From positions 110,624,360 to 110,688,359 of the forward strand of contig NC_068982.1 in the NCBI RefSeq assembly GCF_001194135.2: DNA of 64,000 nucleotides, in the 5' to 3' direction. The translations under genes and the position numbers were made by a program. Shown one piece after another: positions 39,331 to 53,593 of this stretch; positions within the stretch are counted from its first letter, which is position 1, and every line of letters starts with the position of its first letter. Source of the stretch: Octopus bimaculoides (taxonomy: Eukaryota). The notes under the pieces were generated by a model, which was not told where the DNA came from, ran no database searches, and saw only the letters and a program-made list of their open reading frames with translations.

Positions 39331-41975
39331 TTGACTTTCTGGTGTACATGATTACACATTGACTCATATATACACGATAGTACAAAACACTTTTATGTCA
39401 AAGATAAATTAAAACCCATAACTATGTGAATTAGAAGTTCGCTTCGCAATAATAACGTAATTCCATATTCGAGCTTACCTGACACAAATGTCTTCTGCCA
39501 TAGGCTTGTGTTGACCCGAAAACATTGAGAGAAATTAGATAAACGGAAACTGTATATATTTTTTCGGTAATGGTTTTAATTCATCGCTACTTTAACAGTA
39601 TTACCTGGTTATTGGTACCTTTAACGGAGTCCACTTTTTTGGTACGTAAATGGACCAGCTCTCCGGCCTGAGATTAACCCATGAGTCGTAAACTGTTCTT
39701 CCATTTCCCCCACAAGTTTCAGACGTCCTGCAAAAAAAGGTCATGGATGCTGGCTTTTTTAACTGACTAAGCAATAAAAAAAGAGAGAAATTATATTTAT
39801 TACCGACTCTAAAGTTCCTAGGAAATCATAACTTGGAAACAGTAATCACTGATTCCTTAGTCACTCTCAGTACATTGAATACATAACTAAATTGTTCTTT
39901 TTTTCCTTCATTGAGTTGCCGTATTTCAATGTTTTCTTCATCAACCTGCAACAGTTTAGGTGGATAATCATCAATATTCACACTGTCTTTTTAAAAAAAT
40001 TTCTTTTAAATAAGATTTTGCCACAATGGCATAGCTTGTTTAAGTATACTAATGATAGTGAAACAGTAGAATTCAAAGACACTAGTAATGGTTTGCGTCG
40101 TTATACTAATAATATAGGATGGGGCTTAAACATTTAGTGTAGAAGGCCTAACATCTTTTAATTAATTAAACTTATAACCATAGGAAAGAAGAAAATCATT
40201 AGCTTTAATCTTGATTTATACACAAGAAATGTTAGAGAGAAACATTGAATGGGGCAATGTTGAGGGAACTGAACCAGTCGTTTGGGTTACAGTTCTGGAC
40301 ATGCTTCGGTTTACTCAGTGAAGTATAACCTTACCAGTATCTGTCAGATCATAAATGACTTAAAAGTTAAAACAGACTCGTCATTTTCATTTCTACGAAC
40401 ACTTGTATCCAAATATCATGAAAATATTAAAAATAGTTGAGATTGAAACTGATTTGAATTCCTTAGTGAATACTTAATTATACTATTTTATAGAATTAAG
40501 GAGGTAAAAAATTCTTGTCCAATTTTTCTGATAATATCTATGCCAGATTTGACTCTATTTTTTGCATAAGATTTATAGATATGTTCGAGTTTTACTTGCT
40601 TCGTAAGCGAGTTAGTCTGAAATTATGTTTGAACAAAGAGGATTAAATGATAGAAACATTGTGATCATTAAGACACACACGATTGTATACCCATTTATTG
40701 TATTATTTTGCGAAATAATAATAATAAATTACTAAGTATTATACACTTGCGATCTGGGCACTGATACTATTTTATGGTATCTATTATGGTAATATATTTT
40801 CATCAAACTGTACAGTCCATGAAATTGATTATTTCGGGTTTACCTCTCTCACCTCACATAAGTCAATTTAGATATTCTGTTACATTAATGCTATAATTTC
40901 AGAAGGTTACATCCACAGTCGATTAGGCGTCGTATTACTCATTGAGGTACCATGTTACTCAGTGAGGCGCCATGTTACTTAGAGATACGCTGTATCACTT
41001 TGTGGAGTGCTGTGTCACTCCCTGTACTGAAAAACAGATAACTGTTTTATAAGTTCTATAACAAGATCGGTAGAGCACTGGGCAAAATATCTTGCGGTGT
41101 TTAGTAACGTTTTATTAAGTACAAATCCCACTGGGATAAATTTTGCCTTTCATCTCTCCAAGATTCATAAAATAAAGTTCCAGTAATATATTGAAGTTTC
41201 AGTCAATGGATAATACTAATTTTCTATAAATTTGTTGTCCTTTGTGGCAACGTAAGAGATCCTAGTTTCATAAGAACTGTCTTTGTGTTGAGTTTTTGCA
41301 AGAACCGTCTTTTATAGCCTGACCGAAATCAAAGTTTTAAGCACAAATTAGTTGAGAGTAAAAGATTATTCTAAATTCTATTTCGAAATATTATTTAATT
41401 TATTTCACGAATGGCGGAACCTGCATCTATCATCTTTGAGGAAACAAATAGATTGCATTCATATTTAACTGCATTAAAGAAAATGGAACATTCAGCTATT
41501 ATTTTGTATCTCGTCTAGAATTTCCCTGGGTGTTGCCTCCGAATCTTTCTTCTGTTTCATAAACATCCTTTTAAAAAATACTAAACCGATATAAATAATG
41601 CCTCATAGCAATCTTTTATCTATTTAGTCATGTATGTAATTTTAATCAGCGCAGTTAAAATTCTTTATCAGAAATTGACCTACAGGAATTAAAAATCAGT
41701 CAAGATTAAATTTTCTCATTTTTACCCATATATTATAATTAGTTCATGCTTTAGTGGCGTGGGGAATTTTATTTTTTCGTCTTGTTTGAGCTATAAAATA
41801 GTAGCACACTTTTCCCGAGTTCCGTTCAATCGACTATATCTCCTTCCCTCACGTGTGAGATTTTGTGTTTATTTTTCTTCAGAAACCCCGTTGGACCAAA
41901 TAGAAGCCATTGGTGACAGAGAACAAATGTTTGACTGAGTGAAACAGCGAGCAATAAATGTATAAAAACTATAAG

Positions 41976-42021
<46 letters not shown>

Positions 42022-42077
42022 NNNNNNNNNNNNNNNNNNNNNNNNNNNNNNNNNNNNNNNNNNNNNNNNNNNNNNNN

Positions 42078-42112
<35 letters not shown>

Positions 42113-42932
42113 TGTGTGTATGCTGAGGGCTCTATAAAAAATTCAGGTAAAAGCTGCATGAAAGTATATTTCATGTGAGGGCTTCATGGAAAAAATAGGT
42201 TTCTGGCGCGTATTTAACTCGATTTTCCTTTCAAGCTAAATATACTTTATACAACTTGAAATAATTCATATCTTACCATTACTTATTCTTCTTCTCTGAT
42301 AATCAGAAGCTTTGTTCTTTTATTCCTTTATTCGTTTAATGATTTCAGCTATTTAGCTGTAGTCATGCTGAGGTGCCATCGTTTACTTATTTATAATCTA
42401 TATTTTATTTCTTGCATAATCACGAACAGTAAATTAGCAGAATCGTTATAGGTCCGGAAAAAATTCCGCGGCAACACTTGTCCTGGCCCTTTACTCTGAG
42501 TTTAAATCCTAGTAAAAATCAGGTTTTCCTTTCATCTTTTCGGGGTCGATAAAATAAAATACCAGTCAAGCTTTTCACTTGTATACTTTATTTAATCAGC
42601 TATTTTAATGCCCACAAAGTTGTTGGAAGTGTGCTTAAATTTGAAACAATTATTTGTATAAGTATGTATATGTTTAGAGATGCTATAAATTATATTTTCA
42701 GTAAAAGCAAAGACTATAAAAATAAATAACTGAAGAGAATGGGTGAATCAAACAACTTAAGTGACATGATTCACCTTAGTATAGTTAAGACTATATGGTT
42801 TCCATCGAAATCTATGTAGAAGACTAATATTTAATCTCTATTAATATGGGTTTGGCAGCATTAATTACATAATACGCACAAGATAGTCAGTTCTGCACAC
42901 ACAGTCAGTTCTGCACACACTGAAGCACAAAC

Positions 42933-43168
42933 TTAAGGCGGCGAGCTGGCAGAAACGTTAGCACGCCGGGCGAAATGCTTAGCGGTATTTCGCCTGCCGC
43001 TACGTTCTGAGTTCAAATTCCGCCGAGGTCGACTTTGCCTTTCATCCTTTCGGGGGTCGATTAAATAAGTACCAGTTACGCACTGGGGTCGATATTATCG
43101 ACTTAATCTGTTTGTCTGTCTTTGTTTGTCCCCTCTGTGTGTAGCCCCTTGTGGGTAGTAAAGAAATA
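42933..43168 (+). mobile_element. Full-length SINE family B (B1 tail) with 18-bp TSD
   Basis: GGCGGCGAGCTGGCAGAAACGTTAGC...GCCCCTTGTGGGTAGTAAAGAAATA. Exact direct repeat ACACACTGAAGCACAAAC at 42915-42932 and 43169-43186. Confidence 0.95.
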
Positions 43169-44943
43169 ACACACTGAAGCACAAACATATATTTCGTCTG
43201 CATCTATAATAAGTTAAGGTTAAACATTTACCTAGAGAAAGCCAGTACCACGATTCTGGTTCTTATTAGATCTTATGCAACCAGAGTTACATATTCTTGG
43301 AATATTTTGTTACTGAGTTGTTTAGCCTATCTAAGTACTAATCGGGGAAATTTGACTTTTGTAGCTAGCATGACTCTTGAATTAGATAGTAGAATCTATA
43401 GGTATCTGGAATTTATTATCTGTAAATTTAAATCACTCTTTTCTAGCACATGATGTTACGTAACTATAGTTTGACATTTGATATATAAATTTCATTAGAA
43501 GTGCAGTCTATTAAGAGAAGCTTTTCCAAAATTTATGGAATTCATTTATTTTCTAAAAGTATATATGTGGATAGATTTCAGCCCCCAGAACTCAGCTACA
43601 AATTAAATCTGAATAGCCAGCTCACGTTACTTTTGCAGCCTAACTCCGGCAAACAAAGTCGTAGTCAACCAGTAATGCCTGGAAACGAACTTGATGGGAT
43701 TCACTATGGAGTTAGCATTGAAGCGTAATGAGTAGATGCGGCTATATTAAATGATGTTCGCTTTTGTGAACTGGAATACCCAAGTGTTAAGTGATAAGTA
43801 ATGTCTTAATCCATCATGAAGAAAGTAAAGGGTTAGAAAAATTTGAATAAATAATACAAAAGAAAGAAAATATATACGAAATCTGATTTTTATTAACTAA
43901 AAATTTTAATACATAAATACTTTCGTATAGTCAAGTACACATAAATAAGCATTTGCTTACTTCGTGTCAACCCAAACACCCAAAATATACAGAAAAATCA
44001 TACGGAACATTCGTACACACAAAGCTTCTATATATAACAACTTGAGAAATATTTCCTTAATTCCTGGTATGAATGTTGATATCTTTAAATTCTAAAAGTA
44101 AAATATTTCAATTGTAATTCACTATCAATGATTTAACTGACATTATTTGAAGAGGAATTAGATGACGAGGACGACGACAAATAAATAGGGGGGAGGGGAA
44201 GACGTGAGGGGTGAGGAGAACAAAACAAGTAGTAAAAAAAAAAGGATTTTTTTAAACGATAATTTACGATTAGAGTTCATTCGTTCTTTTTTTCCAAGTT
44301 TATATTTATATATTTCATAAATGTATGTTAGTATATGCATATAATTTAATAATTATCTATGTCTGCACTTACGAGTATGTATGACCGAATGTTAATACAA
44401 CAAGACAAAGTAATCTGAGCAGTGGATGCAGGATCTATCACAGTGTACAGCTGAGATTCACATTCTGATCTCATTGGTGAGGAACGGGAAGTGAGGTATA
44501 AAATCATCACTGTTTGGAATGTATAATATATTTCATATGATAGTGGAGCTTAAATGTAAAAGTATCTGTGATATATATATATGTTTGTGGATGCAACCAG
44601 CAAATCTCACACATTCATATAAAACTTCACTATGAATATGTATATGAATGCTTGTATATTTTATACAGTACGTATTTTAGTCTCATATTTTATCCATTTG
44701 AACAAAATTATAATACATTTGACTACTATTTCTATTGTTTATTTGTATTTGAATGTTGCATGTATCTTCGTAATATATAAATACTATACTTTTGAGAAAC
44801 AAATGTTGATCTAATTTAGATTCATTTTGTTGTAAAGGTAACTCGTATCTCCGAAATGCCTCATTTGCTGACCGCTTCGATGCGAGATATATTTGCTCAG
44901 AGCCTACAGAAACTCAGTCCAGTGAAACAAATATGGTACGCAC

Positions 44944-44987
<44 letters not shown>

Positions 44988-46212
44988 NNNNNNNNNNNNN
45001 NNNNNNNNNNNNNNNNNNNNNNNNNNNNNNNNNNNNNNNNNNNNNNNNNNNNNNNNNNNNNNNNNNNNNNNNNNNNNNNNNNNNNNNNNNNNNNNNNNNN
45101 NNNNNNNNNNNNNNNNNNNNNNNNNNNNNNNNNNNNNNNNNNNNNNNNNNNNNNNNNNNATATATATATATCCATATATGATGTACAAGAATTTTATGAA
45201 TAAAAGAAATACGAAAGAGAGACGTGGAGTGAAGTACAGATGTTGATATAGTCCTGGTTTAGGTTTAAATTTTTACTTAGAGTTTCATGCTGTGAATTAC
45301 ATTTACAGATGGAAAGCTAAGCCAAGTATTTGCATGGGATTTATTAGGTCACGTGATACAAGGGACACATTCATTCAATGCTTGGGTTGTTTTTCCCTAT
45401 ATTAGTATTTCGGATAACGCATACGACTAAGTAAAATACCAGTCATTTGGTGCGAAATGTCCTAAGGTAAACAAAAAAGTCTTAGGACAAGGAAATTACT
45501 GTTGGATTATCGTTGACAGAATCAATATGATGAAACGGATCAAGGGAGATATCCGACGTTTAATCTTGTGATGATATCAATTTCCAAATATTAAGAAAAG
45601 ATGCATGATGATGTAACAGGGTTACTGAGTGAGGAGAGTGCTAGAGCTTGTTTTAAAATTACCTGTTCAAATCGGTGATGGTTCACTTCAATAGCTTCAC
45701 ACTACTGCTGGATCACACTGATAAACAATCAAATAGTAACGTTTTTTTTTTACTCAGTAACCTTGTTCATTACTTGATAATACATCTATTCTTAAACTCT
45801 AACTCTACTTCTATTATTCTTTTATCTCATTCATCACATTAACTTAGGCTAAGGACGACCCCTAATAATAGGTTTCGGTCCTAATACATTCTATTGTTTA
45901 CCTATGAACTTTACTTGCTAATTAGCCGGTATTTTATTCAAATAATTAGACACGGAAACTTTAATGCTCATATAGGGTAAACTATGCACTTATACTTGTG
46001 ATTCTCTAAGTAAACTGCGTTCATTATATCAATTCGCAGCTATACCGGATATACTCAATGTGAGCCCAACTTGATCCGAACAAAGTATTATACAATCCGT
46101 TGATTAGTGTGAAACTCTGAGTAACGGTGTTTTAACCTATACAACGACTATATCAATACCAATATTAATGTGTCCAGTAGTCTTCCAACAGTTTGTACTT
46201 CAAAATCTGCAC

Positions 46213-46253
<41 letters not shown>

Positions 46254-46285
46254 TATCTATCTAGCTATCTATCTCTTTATGTATG

Positions 46286-46319
<34 letters not shown>

Positions 46320-47619
46320 TGTATGTATGTATGTATATATATANNNNNNNNNNNNNNNNNNNNNNNNNNNNNNNNNNNNNNNNNNNNNNNNNNNNNNNNN
46401 NNNNNNNNNNNNNNNNNNNNNNNNNNNNNNNNNNNNNNNNNNNNNNNNNNNNNNNNNNNNNNNNNNNNNNNNNNNNNNNNNNNNNNNNNNNNNNNNNNNN
46501 NNNNNNNNNNNNNNNNNNNNNNNNNNNNNNNNNNNNNNNNNNNNNNNNNNNNNNNNNNNNNNNNNNNNNNNNNNNNNNNNNNNNNNNNNNNNNNNNNNNN
46601 NNNNNNNNNNNNNNNNNNNNNNNNNNNNNNNNNNNNNNNNNNNNNNNNNNNNNNNNNNNNNNNNNNNNNNNNNNNNNNNNNNNNNNNNNNNNNNNNNNNN
46701 NNNNNNNNNNNNNNNNNNNNNNNNNNNNNNNNNNNNNNNNNNNNNNNNNNNNNNNNNNNNNNNNNNNNNNNNNNNNNNNNNNNNNNNNNNNNNNNNNNNN
46801 NNNNNNNNNNNNNNNNNNNNNNNNNNNNNNNNNNNNNNNNNNNNNNNNNNNNNNNNNNNNNNNNNNNNNNNNNNNNNNNNNNNNNNNNNNNNNNNNNNNN
46901 NNNNNNNNNNNNNNNNNNNNNNNNNNNNNNNNNNNNNNNNNNNNNNNNNNNNNNNNNNNNNNNNNNNNNNNNNNNNNNNNNNNNNNNNNNNNNNNNNNNN
47001 NNNNNNNNNNNNNNNNNNATATATATATATATATATACATATATACATACATATTATGTGCATGTTATTTACGCCTGTATGTATGTGTATATATGTATGC
47101 ATATATCTATATTTATATAATTATATGTATATATCTATATATACTTGTATGTACGTACATATGTATACATACCCCTGACATATATAAATATATATATATA
47201 TATATACCACGGAGACATACACGCACACATATATATGCATGTGTCGTGTATGCATTTATATACATAAATATATATACATATACGAGCGTATATGTATACA
47301 TATATATGATATATGTATTGGTATGCGTATAAGTATGAGTAACCGTGCTATAATATATGACCGGCTATTTCAATATAAATATCTTTATATTCCTTGTCTT
47401 TCTATAAAACTTCCTTATAATAATGAGATCTCTATATTTCCTCTGATTTTTCTCCAGGATATCTTTCCAACATCATTGAAAAATCTCCAAGTAGTTGAGC
47501 AAAATCTGATTGCAATAATTTGTAATAACAAAGCAAATCGTTAAACTATCAAGGTAAAAAGTGTGTGTATACACGCACACACACACATAGACACATATAC
47601 ACAGGCACACACACACACA

Positions 47620-47742
<123 letters not shown>

Positions 47743-50293
47743 GATGTTTACAATTACTTGTCTACAATAGAAAAGTAAATAGTGTCACCCAGTGGTCTCA
47801 AAGCCTGGTCTTAAGTACTGTAGTCCTGATGATCACGTCTTGTTATATAAATACTTATAAGAGGCGCCAGAGTTCGTTTGGCGTAATTGGTAACGCGGTC
47901 GCCCAGGTTCGAGTCCTGCGAGCGACGTTGTTCTCTGTCTCTGTTTCTGTTTTAGGTTAATGGTTGTAAATGCCTTAAATATTTTGTATTCATTAACCGC
48001 ACGTTAACGTGAAACCACACACGCACACACACACACACACATACATGCACACACACATATATAGATTCATACACACACACATATGTGTGTATGTCTGTGT
48101 GTGTGTGTGTGTGTATGCTCTCTTAAAAGCAACCTTCTCCAAAACATTATTTAATCTGTATTCCGGCGTACCTCGCCTACTCATTGTAATAGAGTACAAG
48201 GGAAGGCACGCTTGTGGGTTCTGCGTGGCCCTCTCAAAACTGACAATTATCTTACGATTATAATAAACGGAGTAAATAGGTTTTGATCTCTTCATGGCTT
48301 TAACAAAGAAATTGGTGGGGCATCCGAAGTGCAAATAGCTTCAAAAATGGATCGTCATCGTACACATATACATATGCATTTATACATGCATATACACTTA
48401 TGTATACATGTACACATATGTAAACAATAAATTATTGTACCAGCTGCAGCAGGATAACGAAAATCGATATCAATAAGTGTCGCATAATTTATTTGTTTGT
48501 AACGGGGCTGAAAAATACCGAGAGACCTTTAACATATTCCAGTAAATGTACGTTGGTGCTTCGAGAAATGTTGACTGAAATCCCACTTTGTGATAACTTG
48601 TTAAATTTTCCTTAATTTCCTATATACCTTAATGTTGATGTTTTGCATTTCACATGTACAAATTCATTTAAAGATACACGTTTTATCAGTGTTAACGTTT
48701 ACTATATATCTCAATATTTGTATCAGATGCACAGCTTGTTTATAAGGATTCATATATTTTTTCTTTCAGTGTCATGTAATTTGTCGAATATATGTATGTA
48801 TGTATGTACACGTAGGTATGTATGTGTGTGTCTATATATATAGGTATTTATGTGAATACGAGCACCCCCCCCCTGCATACATACATACATACATACATAC
48901 ATACATACATACACGTACTCCTCACATGTATATAATATATATAATATATTTGTATATATATATATATATATATATATNNNNNNNNNNNNNNNNNNNNNNN
49001 NNNNNNNNNNNNNNNNNNNNNNNNNNNNNNNNNNNNNNNNNNNNNNNNNNNNNNNNNNNNNNNNNNNNNNNNNNNNNNNNNNNNNNNNNNNNNNNNNNNN
49101 NNNNNNNNNNNNNNNNNNNNNNNNNNNNNNNNNNNNNNNNNNNNNNNNNNNNNNNNNNNNNNNNNNNNNNNNNNNNNNNNNNNNNNNNNNNNNNNNNNNN
49201 NNNNNNNNNNNNNNNNNNNNNNNNNNNNNNNNNNNNNNNNNNNNNNNNNNNNNNNNNNNNNNNNNNNNNNNNNNNNNNNNNNNNNNNNNNNNNNNNNNNN
49301 NNNNNNNNNNNNNNNNNNNNNNNNNNNNNNNNNNNNNNNNNNNNNNNNNNNNNNNNNNNNNNNNNNNNNNNNNNNNNNNNNNNNNNNNNNNNNNNNNNNN
49401 NNNNNNNNNNNNNNNNNNNNNNNNNNNNNNNNNNNNNNNNNNNNNNNNNNNNNNNNNNNNNNNNNNNNNNNNNNNNNNNNNNNNNNNNNNNNNNNNNNNN
49501 NNNNNNNNNNNNNNNNNNNNNNNNNNNNNNNNNNNNNNNNNNNNNNNNNNNNNNNNNNNNNNNNNNNNNNNNNNNNNNNNNNNNNNNNNNNNNNNNNNNN
49601 NNNNNNNNNNNNNNNNNNNNNNNNNNNNNNNNNNNNNNNNNNNNNNNNNNNNNNNNNNNNNNNNNNNNNNNNNNNNNNNNNNNNNNNNNNNNNNNNNNNN
49701 NNNNNNNNNNNNNNNNNNNNNNNNNNNNNNNNNNNNNNNNNNNNNNNNNNNNNNNNNNNNNNNNNNNNNNNNNNNNNNNNNNNNNNNNNNNNNNNNNNNN
49801 NNNNNNNNNNNNNNNNNNNNNNNNNNNNNNNNNNNNNNNNNNNNNNNNNNNNNNNNNNNNNNNNNNNNNNNNNNTATATATATATATATATATACATGCA
49901 CTTATATATATATACATATACACATACATATAGATAGATACACAAATACATACATATATCTACACATGATGCAATGTATATGTTTATATACGTGTGGTTT
50001 TGTGAAGCGTGTTTATATATGTGTGTGGATGTATATATGTATGCATATGTAAGTAATTAGACAGATATCTGTGTCACACTTATCATACAATATATTGCCA
50101 AAAACAGACAATATGAATCAAAACCTGGAAGAGACACACATATATATGTCGGGATGACATTAAAAAATGTACCACTGCTTGCTTCAACGGCATTTTTATG
50201 AAAACCGTTGAGCAGAAGCTTTACTTTTTTGATTTTTCTATATGACTGTTTTGAAACGTCATTAAGAATCTTAAATATACTCGAACTTACAAG

Positions 50294-50671
50294 TTTATTT
50301 CGTTATAAATGAGCATGCTTTTATTCTTCTTTCTATGCACTCTACATAGCGTCAAAATTTAATGTGCATTTTCACGTTCTTTGTCGGTGAGTTCACGGTT
50401 TAGCATTATATCAACTTTCAATAAAAGTTTGTTTTTACAATATATATTTTCTGTTTGTTAAAGAGTTTTAGTTCTCTGTTTCCATTTGTTTATTATAATT
50501 CAATTTATTATATCAGATTTCATGTATCTGCTATATAATGTTAGCCTTAATTTTGATGCACATATTCGCATACTTGATTCACATATTGATCCCTTTCTAT
50601 ATATTTTCTGTTTGCTTCGTGGTTCAATTATTTTTCATAAGTTATTTGGTATGTTTATAATGTTTATGATT
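50294..50671 (-). other. Probable proximal 3' UTR of Lhx3/4 with candidate AATAAA signals
   Basis: AT-rich sequence after the stop. TTTATT on + at 50504, 50489, 50320 and 50294. The site actually used cannot be determined from sequence. Confidence 0.35.
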
Positions 50672-51063
50672 TTAATAAACTTCCACATGATTCTGTGTGG
50701 AAGCTGGTGGATATTCGATATAACCTTGTTGGGAATTTTCGTTTACATCTGCTTGAATCATACGTGATGCGTTTGGAGGCCCGGTTAGCATAGGTAACGC
50801 CTCCAAGGAAAGCATCTGTTGTGATGAGATAGGGATGTTGTTCGGAGATTGTCGGCCAAGGTAGGGCGTGGCTGGTCGTAAACCATTGAAATGTCCCCAG
50901 CCACCGTCCATCGGAGGGGTTCCCGGCGGGACGATTGGAACAGGCCCCATAATGGGCTCGTGGTCTACGGTCTGTCCCGGGTTGTAAAGATCTCCAGACA
51001 GTCGACCGCCACTGCCGCCAGCGCCAGAAATGCTACCTGGATGCTCGAGATCATCTATGTCAT
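50672..51063 (-). CDS. Lhx3/4: Lhx3/4 (Lim3) terminal coding exon, Pro/Gly/Ser-rich C-terminus
   Basis: Strong acceptor (poly-T tract, TTAG; AG at 51065-51064). The phase-1 junction (A+AT = Asn) joins in frame to the homeodomain exon. GC-rich open frame DIDDLEHPGS...YPPASTQNHVEVY, TAA at 50674-50672. Confidence 0.85.
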
Positions 51064-52178
51064 CTAAAGAAAAAAAAAAAAAGAAAAGTTTATAAATTCT
51101 ATCTTTCATGAAGATGTTTTCTCCGCTGTTAATTTAGGTTTAAAAAATAAATAAATCGTATTTAGAGTATCAGGTTTGAATGACAAACTTGAAAATTCTC
51201 ATTAAACAATATGATGAGTTACAAAAATATGAAATCATATGGATAGGAAAAAGAAAACATTGCAAGAATTTGCTTGAAATATTATTTAGTTTAAATATCT
51301 ACTATTATCTACTTGATAGATTACAATTTAAACTACTAAAACTACTACTAAATGTTCCAATTTAGTGTTTGTATTTTATACCATGTCTTAGTAGATAACA
51401 TTGTCTGTAACTTGACCACTACATTTAACATATCATTACATGCGTACAATTGGACAAAAAAAATTGGAAAATGTTTTTATATTAAATGGTGCAACGAAAT
51501 TCAGTAAATGGAAACGTGATATAAATATTTGTTTATAATAATTTCAAATCACATCTTTTTGGTAATATTTCAGTGATTTACAGTCTATTGTAATGTGTTT
51601 GTTTATTCACGATCACTCTCTATGACTACTCACTATCAAAGTCACCGTTTTAACTTACCATTATATTTTAGAGTTTACTTCCTCTTTGTCATAATTGGAA
51701 ATGTTTCCAATTTAAATTAAAGGAAGACTATTTTTTTGAAAAATCGTCATGAAATATGACATCACTATATAAAGTCTTTGTGCTTTCCAATAACTAAACG
51801 ATGTAAATGTTAACAGAATAAATAAATGTAAGCGTGGTTCTGTTTCTGTCTTATATCTGTGTATATAATGTCAAATATCCCAATATCTATAGTCTTATTT
51901 CGCTTGTTTCTAAATAATGTATTTCAAAGAAATATCTTCAAAATACTACTTATAAAGATAAACATAACTTTATATGCACCTAATTTACACAACATTGTGT
52001 TTGCCAGAAACTATCTATAGGTATATTCTGCAGAGGTGTCAGCAATTATTAATCGAACAAGCTGCCAAGAATGTGTCATTAATATAAAACTGTGTACTGT
52101 ATTTAATAAAGTTCTTTATAATAGGGGACAGTTAGAAAGGCGAACTTAGTTGATGAATGATATATATATTTTTATGCT

Positions 52179-52227
<49 letters not shown>

Positions 52228-52348
52228 ACATGCATACATACATACACACACACACACACTGTTTTGGCAGACTAAATTATTTTCTCATGATCGAAGGTAT
52301 CTTGAATCGTTGTTAGTGAAGTATATTCATCAGTGAGTTGGAAATAAT

Positions 52349-52404
<56 letters not shown>

Positions 52405-52746
52405 AAACACACACAAACACACAAGCGCGCGTGCGCGAAGTCAAAATTTTTCAAAGGCCAATACAATACAATTTGAAACATAGGAATAGAGAACAGCAGT
52501 TTACACTTTACTTTATCTTGCTAAGTTTTGCAGAAAATGGAAAATGATGTCGACTTAACGACATCATCCTACATTTTCTCCTGACGAAGAGGTATTCACA
52601 TCGACATATAGAACTATAAAATATAAACTTATAAAGTATTGACTTTTGAACAATCTTAACTTTAATATCACACAATCCCTCACTCAAACTACAACAAACT
52701 AATGCTCACATACATATATATAAACATACATACATACATACATACA

Positions 52747-52778
<32 letters not shown>

Positions 52779-52811
52779 AATGTGCATATATATATATATA
52801 TATACCTATAA

Positions 52812-52842
<31 letters not shown>

Positions 52843-53549
52843 CATACGAATATATATATAAATATAAATGCATATATATATATATATATTTCGTTTTTGG
52901 ATTTGGTTTGCAAGATTCTTTATGTGAGTTCGTGTGTTGAAGCATATTNNNNNNNNNNNNNNNNNNNNNNNNNNNNNNNNNNNNNNNNNNNNNNNNNNNN
53001 NNNNNNNNNNNNNNNNNNNNNNNNNNNNNNNNNNNNNNNNNNNNNNNNNNNNNNNNNNNNNNNNNNNNNNNNNNNNNNNNNNNNNNNNNNNNNNNNNNNN
53101 NNNNNNNNNNNNNNNNNNNNNNNNNNNNNNNNNNNNNNNNNNNNNNNNNNNNNNNNNNNNNNNNNNNNNNNNNNNNNNNNNNNNNNNNNNNNNNNNNNNN
53201 NNNNNNNNNNNNNNNNNNNNNNNNNNNNNNNNNNNNNNNNNNNNNNNNNNNNNNNNNNNNNNNNNNNNNNNNNNNNNNNNNNNNNNNNNNNNNNNNNNNN
53301 NNNNNNNNNNNNNNNNNNNNNNNNNNNNNNNNNNNNNNNNNNNNNNNNNNNNNNNNNNNNNNNNNNNNNNNNNNNNNNNNNNNNNNNNNNNNNNNNNNNN
53401 NNNNNNNNNNNNNNNNNNNNNNNNNNNNNNNNNNNNNNNNNNNNNNNNNNNNNNNNNNNNNNNNNNNNNNNNNNNNNNNNNNNNNNNNNNNNNNNNNNNN
53501 NNNNNNNNNNNNNNNNNNNNNNNNNNNNNNNNNNNNNNNNNNNNNNNNN

Positions 53550-53593
<44 letters not shown>

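Noticed and set aside
40935-41015. CRISPR-like array (~20-bp repeats TTACTCAxTGAGGxxCCATG)
   Set aside because: Head-to-tail degenerate minisatellite without spacers, in a eukaryotic context. No CRISPR array or cas gene is supported anywhere in the window.
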